Part shown: one piece after another, positions 19,232-27,666 of the stretch
Layout: each line of letters begins with the position of its first letter
Position numbering within the stretch: position 1 is the first letter of the stretch
NCBI GenBank assembly: GCA_017462485.1
Contig: JAFTRA010000003.1
Coordinates: 859-64,858 of the forward strand
Direction: 5' to 3'
DNA length: 64,000 bases
Origin: Clostridia bacterium
GTDB lineage: Bacteria; Bacillota; Clostridia; Oscillospirales; CAG-272
Program-made: the position numbers and the translations under genes
The notes under the pieces: generated by a model
Databases searched by the model: none
Seen by the model: the letters and a program-made list of their open reading frames with translations, nothing else
What the model was told of the DNA's origin: nothing

Positions 19232-20401
19232 TTATTTAGTTCCAAAAGCTTCTTTCATACGGTGAAGAGCCTCTAGAATATCTTCGTATTTCGATGCGTA
19301 GCAAATACGTATAAAGCCCTCTCCGTCGGGTCCGAAAGCGCTGCCGGGAGCGGTTACTACGTGCGTTCTTTCGAGTATGTATTCCGCTGCCTCGTCAGAC
19401 GTCATACCAAATGCGGTAATATTCGGGAAAACGTAAAACGCACCTTTTGGCATAAGACAAGAGAAGCCCTTTATACCGTTAAGCCCCTCAACTATTGTAC
19501 GACGGTTTCGGTCATAATATTCAACCATGTGGCGAACGTCAGCATCGCCCTCATAAACAGCTTTTACAGCTGCCATCTGCATAGGCTCGGGAATGCTCGC
19601 TATCATATTTTCGTGTAGCTTCGTAAGATTTGATATAATGGTTTCGTTGGCGCATATATATCCAACTCTGAAGCCTGTCATAGCAAAGGTTTTTGAGAAG
19701 CTGTTTATCGTAAGAACGTAATCATCAAGTCCCTCTATTGAGGCTAGGCTCTTTTGCTCGAAGCCGTCGTAAACAAGTCTCTCATACGGCTCGTCGGAAA
19801 TGATGAAAAGCTTGTATTTTTTAACAAGCTCCGCAATTTTCTTAAGGTCCTCAAAATCGAGAACACCGCCCGTAGGATTAGAAGGAGAATTTATTATTAT
19901 AAGCTTTGTCTTATCGGTAATAAGCGGCTCGATAACGTCAGCGGTCATTTTAAATTCATTGCTCTCATCAACCTTTGCGTAAACGACCTTTCCGTTTACC
20001 ATATCAATCTGCCCTTTGTAGTCAGGCCAGTTTGGGCCTTGAATAATTACCTCGTCACCCGGATTAACCAGAGTAACCATAGCCAGCATAAGAGCCTGCG
20101 TTGCTCCTGCCGTTACGATAAGATTTTTATCCGGATCGCACTTAATGCCGTTCTCCTTCAGAAGCTTATAGCTTATAGCGTCACGAAGCTCCTTAATTCC
20201 TGCATTAGGCGTATATTTGGTCTTGCCTGCTTTAAGCCCACACACCGCTGCATCGACTATGTAATCCGGCGTTGCGAATCCAGGCTCCCCGAGTGTCAGG
20301 TTTATCGTATCGGAATACTTTTTCGCAAGCTCAAACATTCGACGTACCCCTGACGCAAGCGCATTGTTTGCCGCATAGCTTAAAACGTTTCTGTTCTTCA
20401 T
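19232..20401 (-). CDS. PLP-dependent aminotransferase class I/II (aspartate-aminotransferase-like)
   Basis: GEPGF, NSPSNPTG, SDEPY, NSFSKTFAMTGFRVG. Confidence 0.93.
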   Translation of the reverse strand: MKNRNVLSYAANNALASGVRRMFELAKKYSDTINLTLGEPGFATPDYIVDAAVCGLKAGKTKYTPNAGIKELRDAISYKLLKENGIKCDPDKNLIVTAGATQALMLAMVTLVNPGDEVIIQGPNWPDYKGQIDMVNGKVVYAKVDESNEFKMTADVIEPLITDKTKLIIINSPSNPTGGVLDFEDLKKIAELVKKYKLFIISDEPYERLVYDGFEQKSLASIEGLDDYVLTINSFSKTFAMTGFRVGYICANETIISNLTKLHENMIASIPEPMQMAAVKAVYEGDADVRHMVEYYDRNRRTIVEGLNGIKGFSCLMPKGAFYVFPNITAFGMTSDEAAEYILERTHVVTAPGSAFGPDGEGFIRICYASKYEDILEALHRMKEAFGTK

Positions 20402-20404
20402 AGC

Positions 20405-20857
20405 TTACTCCGTATCTGGCAAAATTGCCGTAGTGAATTTATGCTCCATAAGCGACAGCATAGTAAGACTTTTTATAACTCCCTTTTGCTTCTTTAAGTG
20501 CAAAAGCTTATCTTCAAGCGTTTCCACTGTCGGCGCACAGATTTTTATTACGTAATCGTACTCTCCGGTGACTGCATAGCACTCGAGTATATCAACGTCA
20601 CTCTTTATATGCCTAAGCAACGCCTCGACTCCATCACCGTACTGCATAACAAGAAAAATAAACGCAACGACGGGCTTCCCTACTGCTTTTGCGTTGGTTG
20701 TTACGGTAAAAGAGCTTATAGTCTTGTTCTCTTTCATCTTGGCTATACGCTTATTCACCGCGGGAACCGACAAATTTACCGCCTTACCTATCTCTGTAGC
20801 GTTAGCGCCCGAGTTTTCAGCGAGAATTCTTAATATTTTTTTATCAATTATATCCAT
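20405..20857 (-). CDS. Lrp/AsnC family regulator
   Basis: N-terminal HTH and ECYAVTGEYDY. Confidence 0.92.
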   Translation of the reverse strand: MDIIDKKILRILAENSGANATEIGKAVNLSVPAVNKRIAKMKENKTISSFTVTTNAKAVGKPVVAFIFLVMQYGDGVEALLRHIKSDVDILECYAVTGEYDYVIKICAPTVETLEDKLLHLKKQKGVIKSLTMLSLMEHKFTTAILPDTE

Positions 20858-21036
20858 ACCGTACCACCAAAAATTTATTAAGTAAAGTATATACCACGAT
20901 TAAAATAATTACAACCTTTTTATAAAAATACGAGCAGTCTTTAATTTTAAACTCAAAATAATTTATTTTTGCTCCCCCTGTCGCAAAGAAAAAAAGACAG
21001 AGCTGAAAAACAACCCCATCTTTTTTGAAAATATAA

Positions 21037-21276
21037 TTACATTCCCAAAAGATATTCAGGCGATACGTTTAAAATCTTGCACAGCGCCAAAAGCTCGTAG
21101 TCTGCCACAAATCGAGTGCCTATCTCTATTCTGCTCACGCTATCTCTTTCTATAACTACGCCCTCTATCTGCAATTTTGCAGCAAGGTTTTCTTGAGATA
21201 GCTTAAGCTTACGCCTTGCTTCCCTTACTCTAGAGCCACAAATATTCTTACTTCCGTTAAAATCGTAAATCTTCAT
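21037..21276 (-). CDS. XRE family HTH regulator
   Basis: NICGSRVREAR..LSQENLA..RIEIGTRFV. Paralog of 44382..44621. GGAG RBS before the ATG at 21276. Confidence 0.88.
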   Translation of the reverse strand: MKIYDFNGSKNICGSRVREARRKLKLSQENLAAKLQIEGVVIERDSVSRIEIGTRFVADYELLALCKILNVSPEYLLGM

Positions 21277-21362
21277 AACTTCTCCGTTTTCACGAAACTT
21301 GGGCGAGCCCTGTCTTTCCACTTTTCTGTTTGCAACAAAAAAGCGGTTTCAAAAGAAACCGC

Positions 21363-21438
21363 TGGTGGAAAGTACAGGGCTCGAACCTGTGACCCTCTGC
21401 TTGTAAGGCAGATGCTCTCCCAACTGAGCTAACCTTCC
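21363..21438 (-). tRNA. tRNA-Val(TAC)
   Basis: GGAAGGTTAGCTCAG...CT TAC AA...GGTTCGAGCC...ACCA cloverleaf. Confidence 0.97.
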
Positions 21439-21453
21439 GTAAAGTACTTTGAT

Positions 21454-21563
21454 ATTATATCAAATGATTTTTGATTTGTCAATAGTTTTCAAAATCTTTT
21501 TTTGAGGAAAATAAAAAATATTATCGAAAAGGTATTGACAAACGATTTTTTTTGTGCTAGAAT
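21454..21563. promoter_or_regulatory. Divergent sigma-A promoters for the tRNA genes
   Basis: Minus strand: TTGACA(21477-21482)-17-TATAAT(21454-21459). Plus strand: TTGACA(21535-21540)-17-TAGAAT(21558-21563). Confidence 0.8.
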
Positions 21564-21583
21564 ATAGTCCGTTCGAATGAAAT

Positions 21584-21657
21584 AGCGGAATTGTGTAACG
21601 GTAGCACAGCAGACTCTGACTCTGTATGTTGGGGTTCGAATCCCTATTCCGCTGCCA
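21584..21657 (+). tRNA. tRNA-Gln(CTG)
   Basis: AGCGGAA/TTCCGCT acceptor stem, CT CTG AC anticodon loop, TTCGAAT, CCA. Confidence 0.95.
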
Positions 21658-21738
21658 ATTGATGAAAATGCAAATTTTCATCTCCCACCTTTATCACTCC
21701 TCGCTAATCGGCGGGGAGTGAAAATTTAAAAGAGTTTT

Positions 21739-21815
21739 GGCTTGGTAGCTCAGTTGGTTAGAGCGCTAGCCTGTCACGCTAGAGGTCGTGGGTTCGAGCC
21801 CCATCCGAGTCGCCA
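21739..21815 (+). tRNA. tRNA-Asp(GTC)
   Basis: GGCTTGGTAGCTCAG...CT GTC AC...GGTTCGAGCC...GCCA. Confidence 0.97.
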
Positions 21816-21843
21816 TCTTTTAATTATTTTCAATTTAATACCT

Positions 21844-21919
21844 GCGGATTTAGCTCATTTGGTAGAGCGCCACCTTGCCAAGGTGGAGGTGGCGGGTTCG
21901 AGCCCCGTAATCCGCTCCA
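21844..21919 (+). tRNA. tRNA-Gly(GCC)
   Basis: GCGGATTTAGCTCA...TT GCC AA...GGTTCGAGCC...TCCA. Confidence 0.97.
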
Positions 21920-22207
21920 TAGAAAAAGCACCCTCAAAGCAGGGTGCTTTTTCTATGGACGTTTTGGGGCTTCGCAAGGCTCAAAGAGCCGAGCGATAGA
22001 GCCCCCAAGTTCGCCCTGCAAACTTAGTAGAATAGCGGCTATGCCCGCTATTCCTGTAATCCGCTCTTGCACCCTCAAAGCAGGGTGCTTTTTCTATGGA
22101 CGTTTTGGGGCTTCGCAAGGCTCAAAGAGCCGAGCGATAGAGCCCCCAAGTTCGCTCTGCGAACTTAGTAGAATAGCGGCTATGTCCGCTATTCCTGTAA
22201 TCCGCTC
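21920..22207 (+). repeat. Two tandem ~140-bp tRNA-linked repeats, each ending in a copy of the tRNA-Gly 3' end
   Basis: Units 21928-22066 and 22069-22207. Both end CCTGTAATCCGCTC (tRNA has CCCGTAATCCGCTC) and contain a terminator plus several hairpins. Confidence 0.9.
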
Positions 22208-22283
22208 AAACTATCCTTTACTCCGTGAATGGAGTATTAATCAGACCAGCTTATGATGGTCTGCTTTTTCTTATATTTGATTC

Positions 22284-23081
22284 CTATTTCATTTTGTTTT
22301 GCTCGGTGGCAAAATATTCTTTCGGCGTGAGTCCGAACTCCTCGTGAAAGGCGCGGTAAAAGCTTCGCATAGAGCCGAAGCCACTCTCCATTGCGCATTC
22401 GATAACGCTCTTATTCTCCGAACGAAGCAGAAGAATTGCTTCCCTTAACCTAATCATAGTGAGATATTTCACAAAGGAAATTCCAAAGGTTTCCCTAAAG
22501 CTGCGCGAAAGATAGCTTGCGTTGTATCCAAACTCCCCCGCAACTGCTGACAGAGTTAAATCCTCTCTGAAATGCTCGCTTATGTATATAAGGATTTCGG
22601 GAGAAAAAAGATGCGATTGCTCGGAATTCTGCTCCGATTTCGTCATTCTGTCAAGTATAGCGCCGAGTATTAAGTAAATCAATCCTCGACGGGTAACCTC
22701 GTTACCGCCGGCTATCAGAGATTGCATAGCATCGGAAACGGTTTTGACTGTTTCGGGGTGATTGATAAACGGAGACTCGAAGTGCCTTGCTGTAAGCATA
22801 GGCAAAATTTCACCTAAGTAGTCCGTCGGAATAATGAGATACATCGCCTCGGCAGACTCGGATATCATTCGGTATCCGTGCGCATCGTAGCTTAGCGCAA
22901 CCGCAAATTCGTCGGCTCCAAGAACCTTTCTCTTATCGTTTATTATAATTTCGACCTTTCCCGACCGAATAAAATATATTTCAATCTGCGAATGAAAATG
23001 AATATACGTGCCGGGAGAATGGGATATTCCGTATATAAGCTCATTCTGAATTTCACGCTTTAAATTAAAATTTGCTTGCAT
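22284..23081 (-). CDS. AraC family regulator (cupin + HTH)
   Basis: HFHSQIE and AMESGFGSMRSFYRAF. Start could be 23081 (ATG with RBS) or 23108. Confidence 0.92.
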   Translation of the reverse strand: MQANFNLKREIQNELIYGISHSPGTYIHFHSQIEIYFIRSGKVEIIINDKRKVLGADEFAVALSYDAHGYRMISESAEAMYLIIPTDYLGEILPMLTARHFESPFINHPETVKTVSDAMQSLIAGGNEVTRRGLIYLILGAILDRMTKSEQNSEQSHLFSPEILIYISEHFREDLTLSAVAGEFGYNASYLSRSFRETFGISFVKYLTMIRLREAILLLRSENKSVIECAMESGFGSMRSFYRAFHEEFGLTPKEYFATEQNKMK

Positions 23082-23217
23082 TTCAACACCTTCGTAAAAA
23101 AACGACACTATTTATACTGTTTTTGGCAAGAATTTGACAGATTTTATGTTATAATGATATTATAGATAAGATAAAATGTCAAGTATATTTTTAATTATTT
23201 TTATGGAGGATTTAAAA

Positions 23218-24906
23218 ATGGCGAGAAAATGGTGGAAAGAAGCCGTTGTTTATGAAATTTACTGCAAGAGCTTTTGCGACTCCAACGGTGACGGTATAGG
23301 TGATTTGCGCGGCGTTATGTCAAAGCTTCACGTTCTCGCTGACCTTGGCGTCAACTGCATATGGTTTACCCCTATATACGCCTCTCCGCAGATAGACAAT
23401 GGTTACGACGTTTCCGATTACAGAAGCATTGACCCCGCCTATGGCACGATTGACGATTTTAAAGAGCTTCTCGATATGGCTCACGGAATGGGCATACGAG
23501 TTATTATGGATATGGTTTTAAATCATTCGTCAGACGAGCACGAATGGTTCAAGGAATCGAGAAAATCAAAGGATAACCCCTACCGAAACTACTACATATG
23601 GCAGCCGCCAAAGCCCGACGGCTCCGAGCCTAACAACTGGGGCAGTTATTTCCGTGAGGGAAACGGCTCGGCTTGGGAATTCGACGAGACGACGGGTGAA
23701 TACTACTTGCATCAGTATTCAATTAAAATGCCCGATCTCAACTGGGAATACGAGCCGCTGCGAAAAGAAATATACGATATGCTGAATTGGTGGATAGACC
23801 TCGGCGTTGACGGATTCAGACTCGACGTTTTTACAAGATTAAAAAAGCCCGCAGGCTTCCCCGACACCAACAAAACACCCGACCCCGTGCTTGACAGAAA
23901 CGGCTTTATTGCCGACGGCTCAATGTGTACGAACGTCGAGGGCATACACGAAATAATTCACGAGTTATACAATGAGGTCTTCGGTCCCCGCGACTGCATG
24001 ACGGTCGGAGAAGGTGCAGGTGTTACTCACGAAAACGCACTCGGTTACGTTTCCCGAGGCCGCGAAGAGCTTGATATGGTTTATCACTTCCAGCTCTCTC
24101 ACAGAAGAAAATACTCCATATCCGCCGACCATTTCAGAACGGTGCAGAAAAACTGGTCAGAGGTTATTGAGCGCGGTGGCTGGAGCGTGCAATACCTCTC
24201 GAATCACGACTCCGCAAGGCAAGTATCCTGCTACGGCTGCGACAGTGAGGAGCACAGAGCAAGCTCCGCAAAGCTTCTTGCGACTCTTATCCATACCACA
24301 CCGGGTACGCCATTCATTTATCAAGGTGAGGAAATCGGTATGGTAAACGTAAAATACGATACTATCGAGGATTACAATTGCTGCTACACGCTCGGCGACT
24401 ACAATTCCATGATAGCCTCTGGAGTATCCCCAAAGGAAGCGATAGATACGCTTGCTCCGAGAAGCCGTGACAATGCGCGCACTCCTTATCAGTGGAATTC
24501 CGAAGAGAACGCAGGATTTACCACGGGTAAGCCCTGGATAAAGGTAAACCCGAAATATACCGAGATCAACCTCGAAAAAGACCTCGCCACAAACGACTCA
24601 ATATTCGCCTTTTACCGCGAGCTTACGAAAATGCGCCGTGAAAATCCCGCAATTATTGACGGTAAGTTAGAGTTTCTCTGCGAAGAAAGTCCCGACGTAA
24701 TTGCATATCTTCGTGAGTGCGAGGAGCAAACGCTGCTCATTATTGCCAACTATTCGAAAAATACGGTGAAATTTAATTCTCCCGAAAAGGTAGCCCTCGG
24801 TAAATGGCAAAGAATACTTACCAATAAAAACAATACACTTCCCTCTCTTGAGAAAACGAGATCTCTTCTTCCCTTTGAAGTGGAGATTTACGAGCTTAAA
24901 AAATAA
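23218..24906 (+). CDS. GH13 alpha-glucosidase / oligo-1,6-glucosidase
   Basis: WWKEAVVYEIY, DSNGDGIGD, DGFRLD, VGE, NHD, YQGEEIG, RDNARTP. GGAGG RBS before the ATG at 23218. Confidence 0.93.
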   Translation: MARKWWKEAVVYEIYCKSFCDSNGDGIGDLRGVMSKLHVLADLGVNCIWFTPIYASPQIDNGYDVSDYRSIDPAYGTIDDFKELLDMAHGMGIRVIMDMVLNHSSDEHEWFKESRKSKDNPYRNYYIWQPPKPDGSEPNNWGSYFREGNGSAWEFDETTGEYYLHQYSIKMPDLNWEYEPLRKEIYDMLNWWIDLGVDGFRLDVFTRLKKPAGFPDTNKTPDPVLDRNGFIADGSMCTNVEGIHEIIHELYNEVFGPRDCMTVGEGAGVTHENALGYVSRGREELDMVYHFQLSHRRKYSISADHFRTVQKNWSEVIERGGWSVQYLSNHDSARQVSCYGCDSEEHRASSAKLLATLIHTTPGTPFIYQGEEIGMVNVKYDTIEDYNCCYTLGDYNSMIASGVSPKEAIDTLAPRSRDNARTPYQWNSEENAGFTTGKPWIKVNPKYTEINLEKDLATNDSIFAFYRELTKMRRENPAIIDGKLEFLCEESPDVIAYLRECEEQTLLIIANYSKNTVKFNSPEKVALGKWQRILTNKNNTLPSLEKTRSLLPFEVEIYELKK

Positions 24907-24929
24907 AAGCATGGAGGACGTGTTAAATT

Positions 24930-26336
24930 ATGTCGATTTTTCAAAGAGCTAAAGCAATACCCAAAGAGGAATTGCTTTTCTCAAGAAAAGCTTTTATAAA
25001 GCTTATGATTCCGCTCATCATTCAGCAGGTGCTGAACGTCACCGTCGGAACGGTTGACTCCATGATGGTTTCTTATGCGGGTGAGGCTGCGGTTTCGGGC
25101 GTTTCGCTCGTCAACTCGCTCGACACTCTGCTTATAATATTCTTTACCGCTCTCGTTACCGGCGGCTCGGTCGTAATTACGCATACGCTTGGCAGAGGTG
25201 ACGCAGAAGGCATTAAGGAATCCGCAAAGCAGCTCTTATACATAGCAACGGCAGGCTCAACGCTCTTGACCGTGACTATCCTTATATTCAGAGGTCCGCT
25301 CCTTTATCTTCTTTTCGGAGAGGTTGAGGACGACGTTATGGCAAGCGCCTCTATTTACTTCTTTTTCGTTGCCCTATCCTTCCCTCTTTTAGCAATCACC
25401 TCGAGCGTTGACGCTATGCTTCGCGCCTCGGGAAACACGTTAACCTCGCTTCTTGTTTCTCTCGCTATCAATATCATAAACGTATGCGGAAACGCAGTGC
25501 TGATAATGGGATTTAATATGGGTGCCGCAGGTGCCGCAATATCAACTACGTTTTCACGTCTTGTCGGAACGGTAATTTTGCTCATTATCGCGCATAACAA
25601 AAAAAGTCCCGTTCACGTAGAAAAGCTTCTTCACTATAAACCCGATTTCAAGATAATAAAGAAAATTCTCTACATAGGCGTTCCAAACGGAATTGAAAGC
25701 TCAATGTTCCAGTTCGGAAGACTCCTCACACAAACTCTTATTTCCACTATGGGAACTGCCGTAATAGCTGCAAACGCCGTTGCTCTTACCGTATGCAACT
25801 TCCAATATATAATAGGTACGGCTTGCTCGTCGGCAATGGTAACCACCGTAGGACGCTGTATAGGCGCGGGGAAAGAGGACCAGGCGAAATACTACTCGCG
25901 CTCAATTCTCGCATTTAACTACGTTATGCTGTGGTCGATTATCCTCGTTACTATGGCTGTTTTGAGCCCCATCGTTTCGGTTTATAACCTTTCGGGATTC
26001 TCCTCGGAGCTTGCGAAGGAGCTTGTTATTTACCATTCAATTTGTGCCGCTCTTATATGGCCTATCGGCTTTATGCTTCCCTCTTCGTTCAGAGCGGCGG
26101 GAGACGTGCGCTTCTCGCTCGTTATTTCTATGATTTCAATGTGGACTCTCCGTGTTGCCGGAGCTTACGTTCTGGCGCTTGACGTTGTATCCGTGCTCGG
26201 ACTTTTCTCGTTCCCCGGCTTGGGAATGGGCATTATGGGAGTCTGGATAGCTATGACTGTTGACTGGGTGTTCCGCGCGGCATTCTTCCTATTCAGATAC
26301 CTCAGCGGAGGCTGGCTCCGCGCCAATAGAATATAG
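24930..26336 (+). CDS. MATE family efflux transporter
   Basis: About 12 TM segments; VDSMMVS, LRASGNT, GAAGAAIST, FRAAGD. Confidence 0.92.
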   Translation: MSIFQRAKAIPKEELLFSRKAFIKLMIPLIIQQVLNVTVGTVDSMMVSYAGEAAVSGVSLVNSLDTLLIIFFTALVTGGSVVITHTLGRGDAEGIKESAKQLLYIATAGSTLLTVTILIFRGPLLYLLFGEVEDDVMASASIYFFFVALSFPLLAITSSVDAMLRASGNTLTSLLVSLAINIINVCGNAVLIMGFNMGAAGAAISTTFSRLVGTVILLIIAHNKKSPVHVEKLLHYKPDFKIIKKILYIGVPNGIESSMFQFGRLLTQTLISTMGTAVIAANAVALTVCNFQYIIGTACSSAMVTTVGRCIGAGKEDQAKYYSRSILAFNYVMLWSIILVTMAVLSPIVSVYNLSGFSSELAKELVIYHSICAALIWPIGFMLPSSFRAAGDVRFSLVISMISMWTLRVAGAYVLALDVVSVLGLFSFPGLGMGIMGVWIAMTVDWVFRAAFFLFRYLSGGWLRANRI

Positions 26337-26583
26337 CTCAAGAAACAACCGTGAGCGATAACATCAATACCATTCACCTATGCAACAAATACAGAAGAGA
26401 AAAAACACCGATGCAGGCAAAATCAGCGCAGATAAGCAAATAAAGCTTTACATAATTAGCCCTATACAGAGTGAAAGCAATATAAAATGACTCCTTACAG
26501 GCTAAAAAATACAACCCTTACCGAGAAAGAAATAAAAACGAGGAATTTCATAGATTCCTCGTTTTTTTATGGAAAAATTTAAA

Positions 26584-27483
26584 TTATTTGATCTTTTTTC
26601 GATATTCGCTCGGAGACGTAGAAAACGTGTTGTTGAAAATTCTGTTAAAGCCCGATATTTCACTGTAACCAACCTCAAGTGCTATTTGGGCTACGGTCAT
26701 TTCGGTATTTTGCAAAAGATACTCCGCCCAAGACATTCTGGTTTTATTTATGTAATTTTTGGGAGAAAGACCTGTGTGCTTTACAAAAAGCCGTCTGAGC
26801 GTAGAAACACTGATTTTGCATAAATCCGCAAGCGATTCCTCTTTAAGCATATCCGAGTTTGAAAGATGCGCATTTATCATATCTACCGCAGGAAGTATCC
26901 TTCTGTATTTATCCCTTTTCGGATCTACCGACTTGCTTAAAATACCGTTAGTCCTCATATACCTGGCACACGATATAATAAATCTTCCTATGGAAAAAGC
27001 AAGTGATATGTCTGTAAATTCATCGTTCGTATCTCCCTGCATGATAATTTCCTTTACAAAAGCAGTAAGCTCCGGATTTTCCATGGGCGAGAAAACTCCG
27101 CTGAAGGGTATATCTATATTCGCAGCCGATATGGCCTTATCCGGATCTAACATTCCCGCAAGCTGCATAAGCCTCACGGGATCGAAAAATACCTGCTTCC
27201 ATCTCGCCGGTGCGCTGCTGTACGATCGAGCATAATGGGGAACGTAACGGCAGATAAAGACTATATCTCCTTTCTCGAAGTTATAAAGCCTATCATCGAT
27301 CTGCATATTTCCTCTGCCCTCAATGCACACGCCAAGCTCATACATATCATGGTAATGAAGAAAAGTAATCGGTTTTTGTGGGGTATAAGGCTTCGCGTCG
27401 GACACCCAATACGGCTCTTCGTGCGACTCTCTTATATTTCTATACCGAATAGGAAGACGCTTCTTTTGAATTGTGTATTCCAT
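26584..27483 (-). CDS. AraC family regulator, divergent from the giant protein gene
   Basis: HYHDMYELG cupin; IALEVGYSEISGFNRIF HTH. Confidence 0.92.
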   Translation of the reverse strand: MEYTIQKKRLPIRYRNIRESHEEPYWVSDAKPYTPQKPITFLHYHDMYELGVCIEGRGNMQIDDRLYNFEKGDIVFICRYVPHYARSYSSAPARWKQVFFDPVRLMQLAGMLDPDKAISAANIDIPFSGVFSPMENPELTAFVKEIIMQGDTNDEFTDISLAFSIGRFIISCARYMRTNGILSKSVDPKRDKYRRILPAVDMINAHLSNSDMLKEESLADLCKISVSTLRRLFVKHTGLSPKNYINKTRMSWAEYLLQNTEMTVAQIALEVGYSEISGFNRIFNNTFSTSPSEYRKKIK

Positions 27484-27666
27484 AATATCACCTCACCTAC
27501 TGGTAATTATATACCTACCTTTCCGAAAAATCAAGACTTTTTGAGCGAATTGTCCAAATTGTGACCGATTTTCAGTTGATTTAATTACCGCCGTACGATA
27601 GTATTTAGATATAGAAAAATATTATTTTTATTTTAAACAAAATATATTACACAAAGGAGAAAACGT

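Noticed and set aside
21037-22207. Prophage or ICE integrated at the tRNA cluster
   Set aside because: No integrase, phage or conjugation genes nearby; only short tRNA-end duplications.
21460-22256. ORFs 21460..21681, 21742..21999 and 22041..22256
   Set aside because: They overlap tRNA genes and tRNA-linked repeats; spurious.
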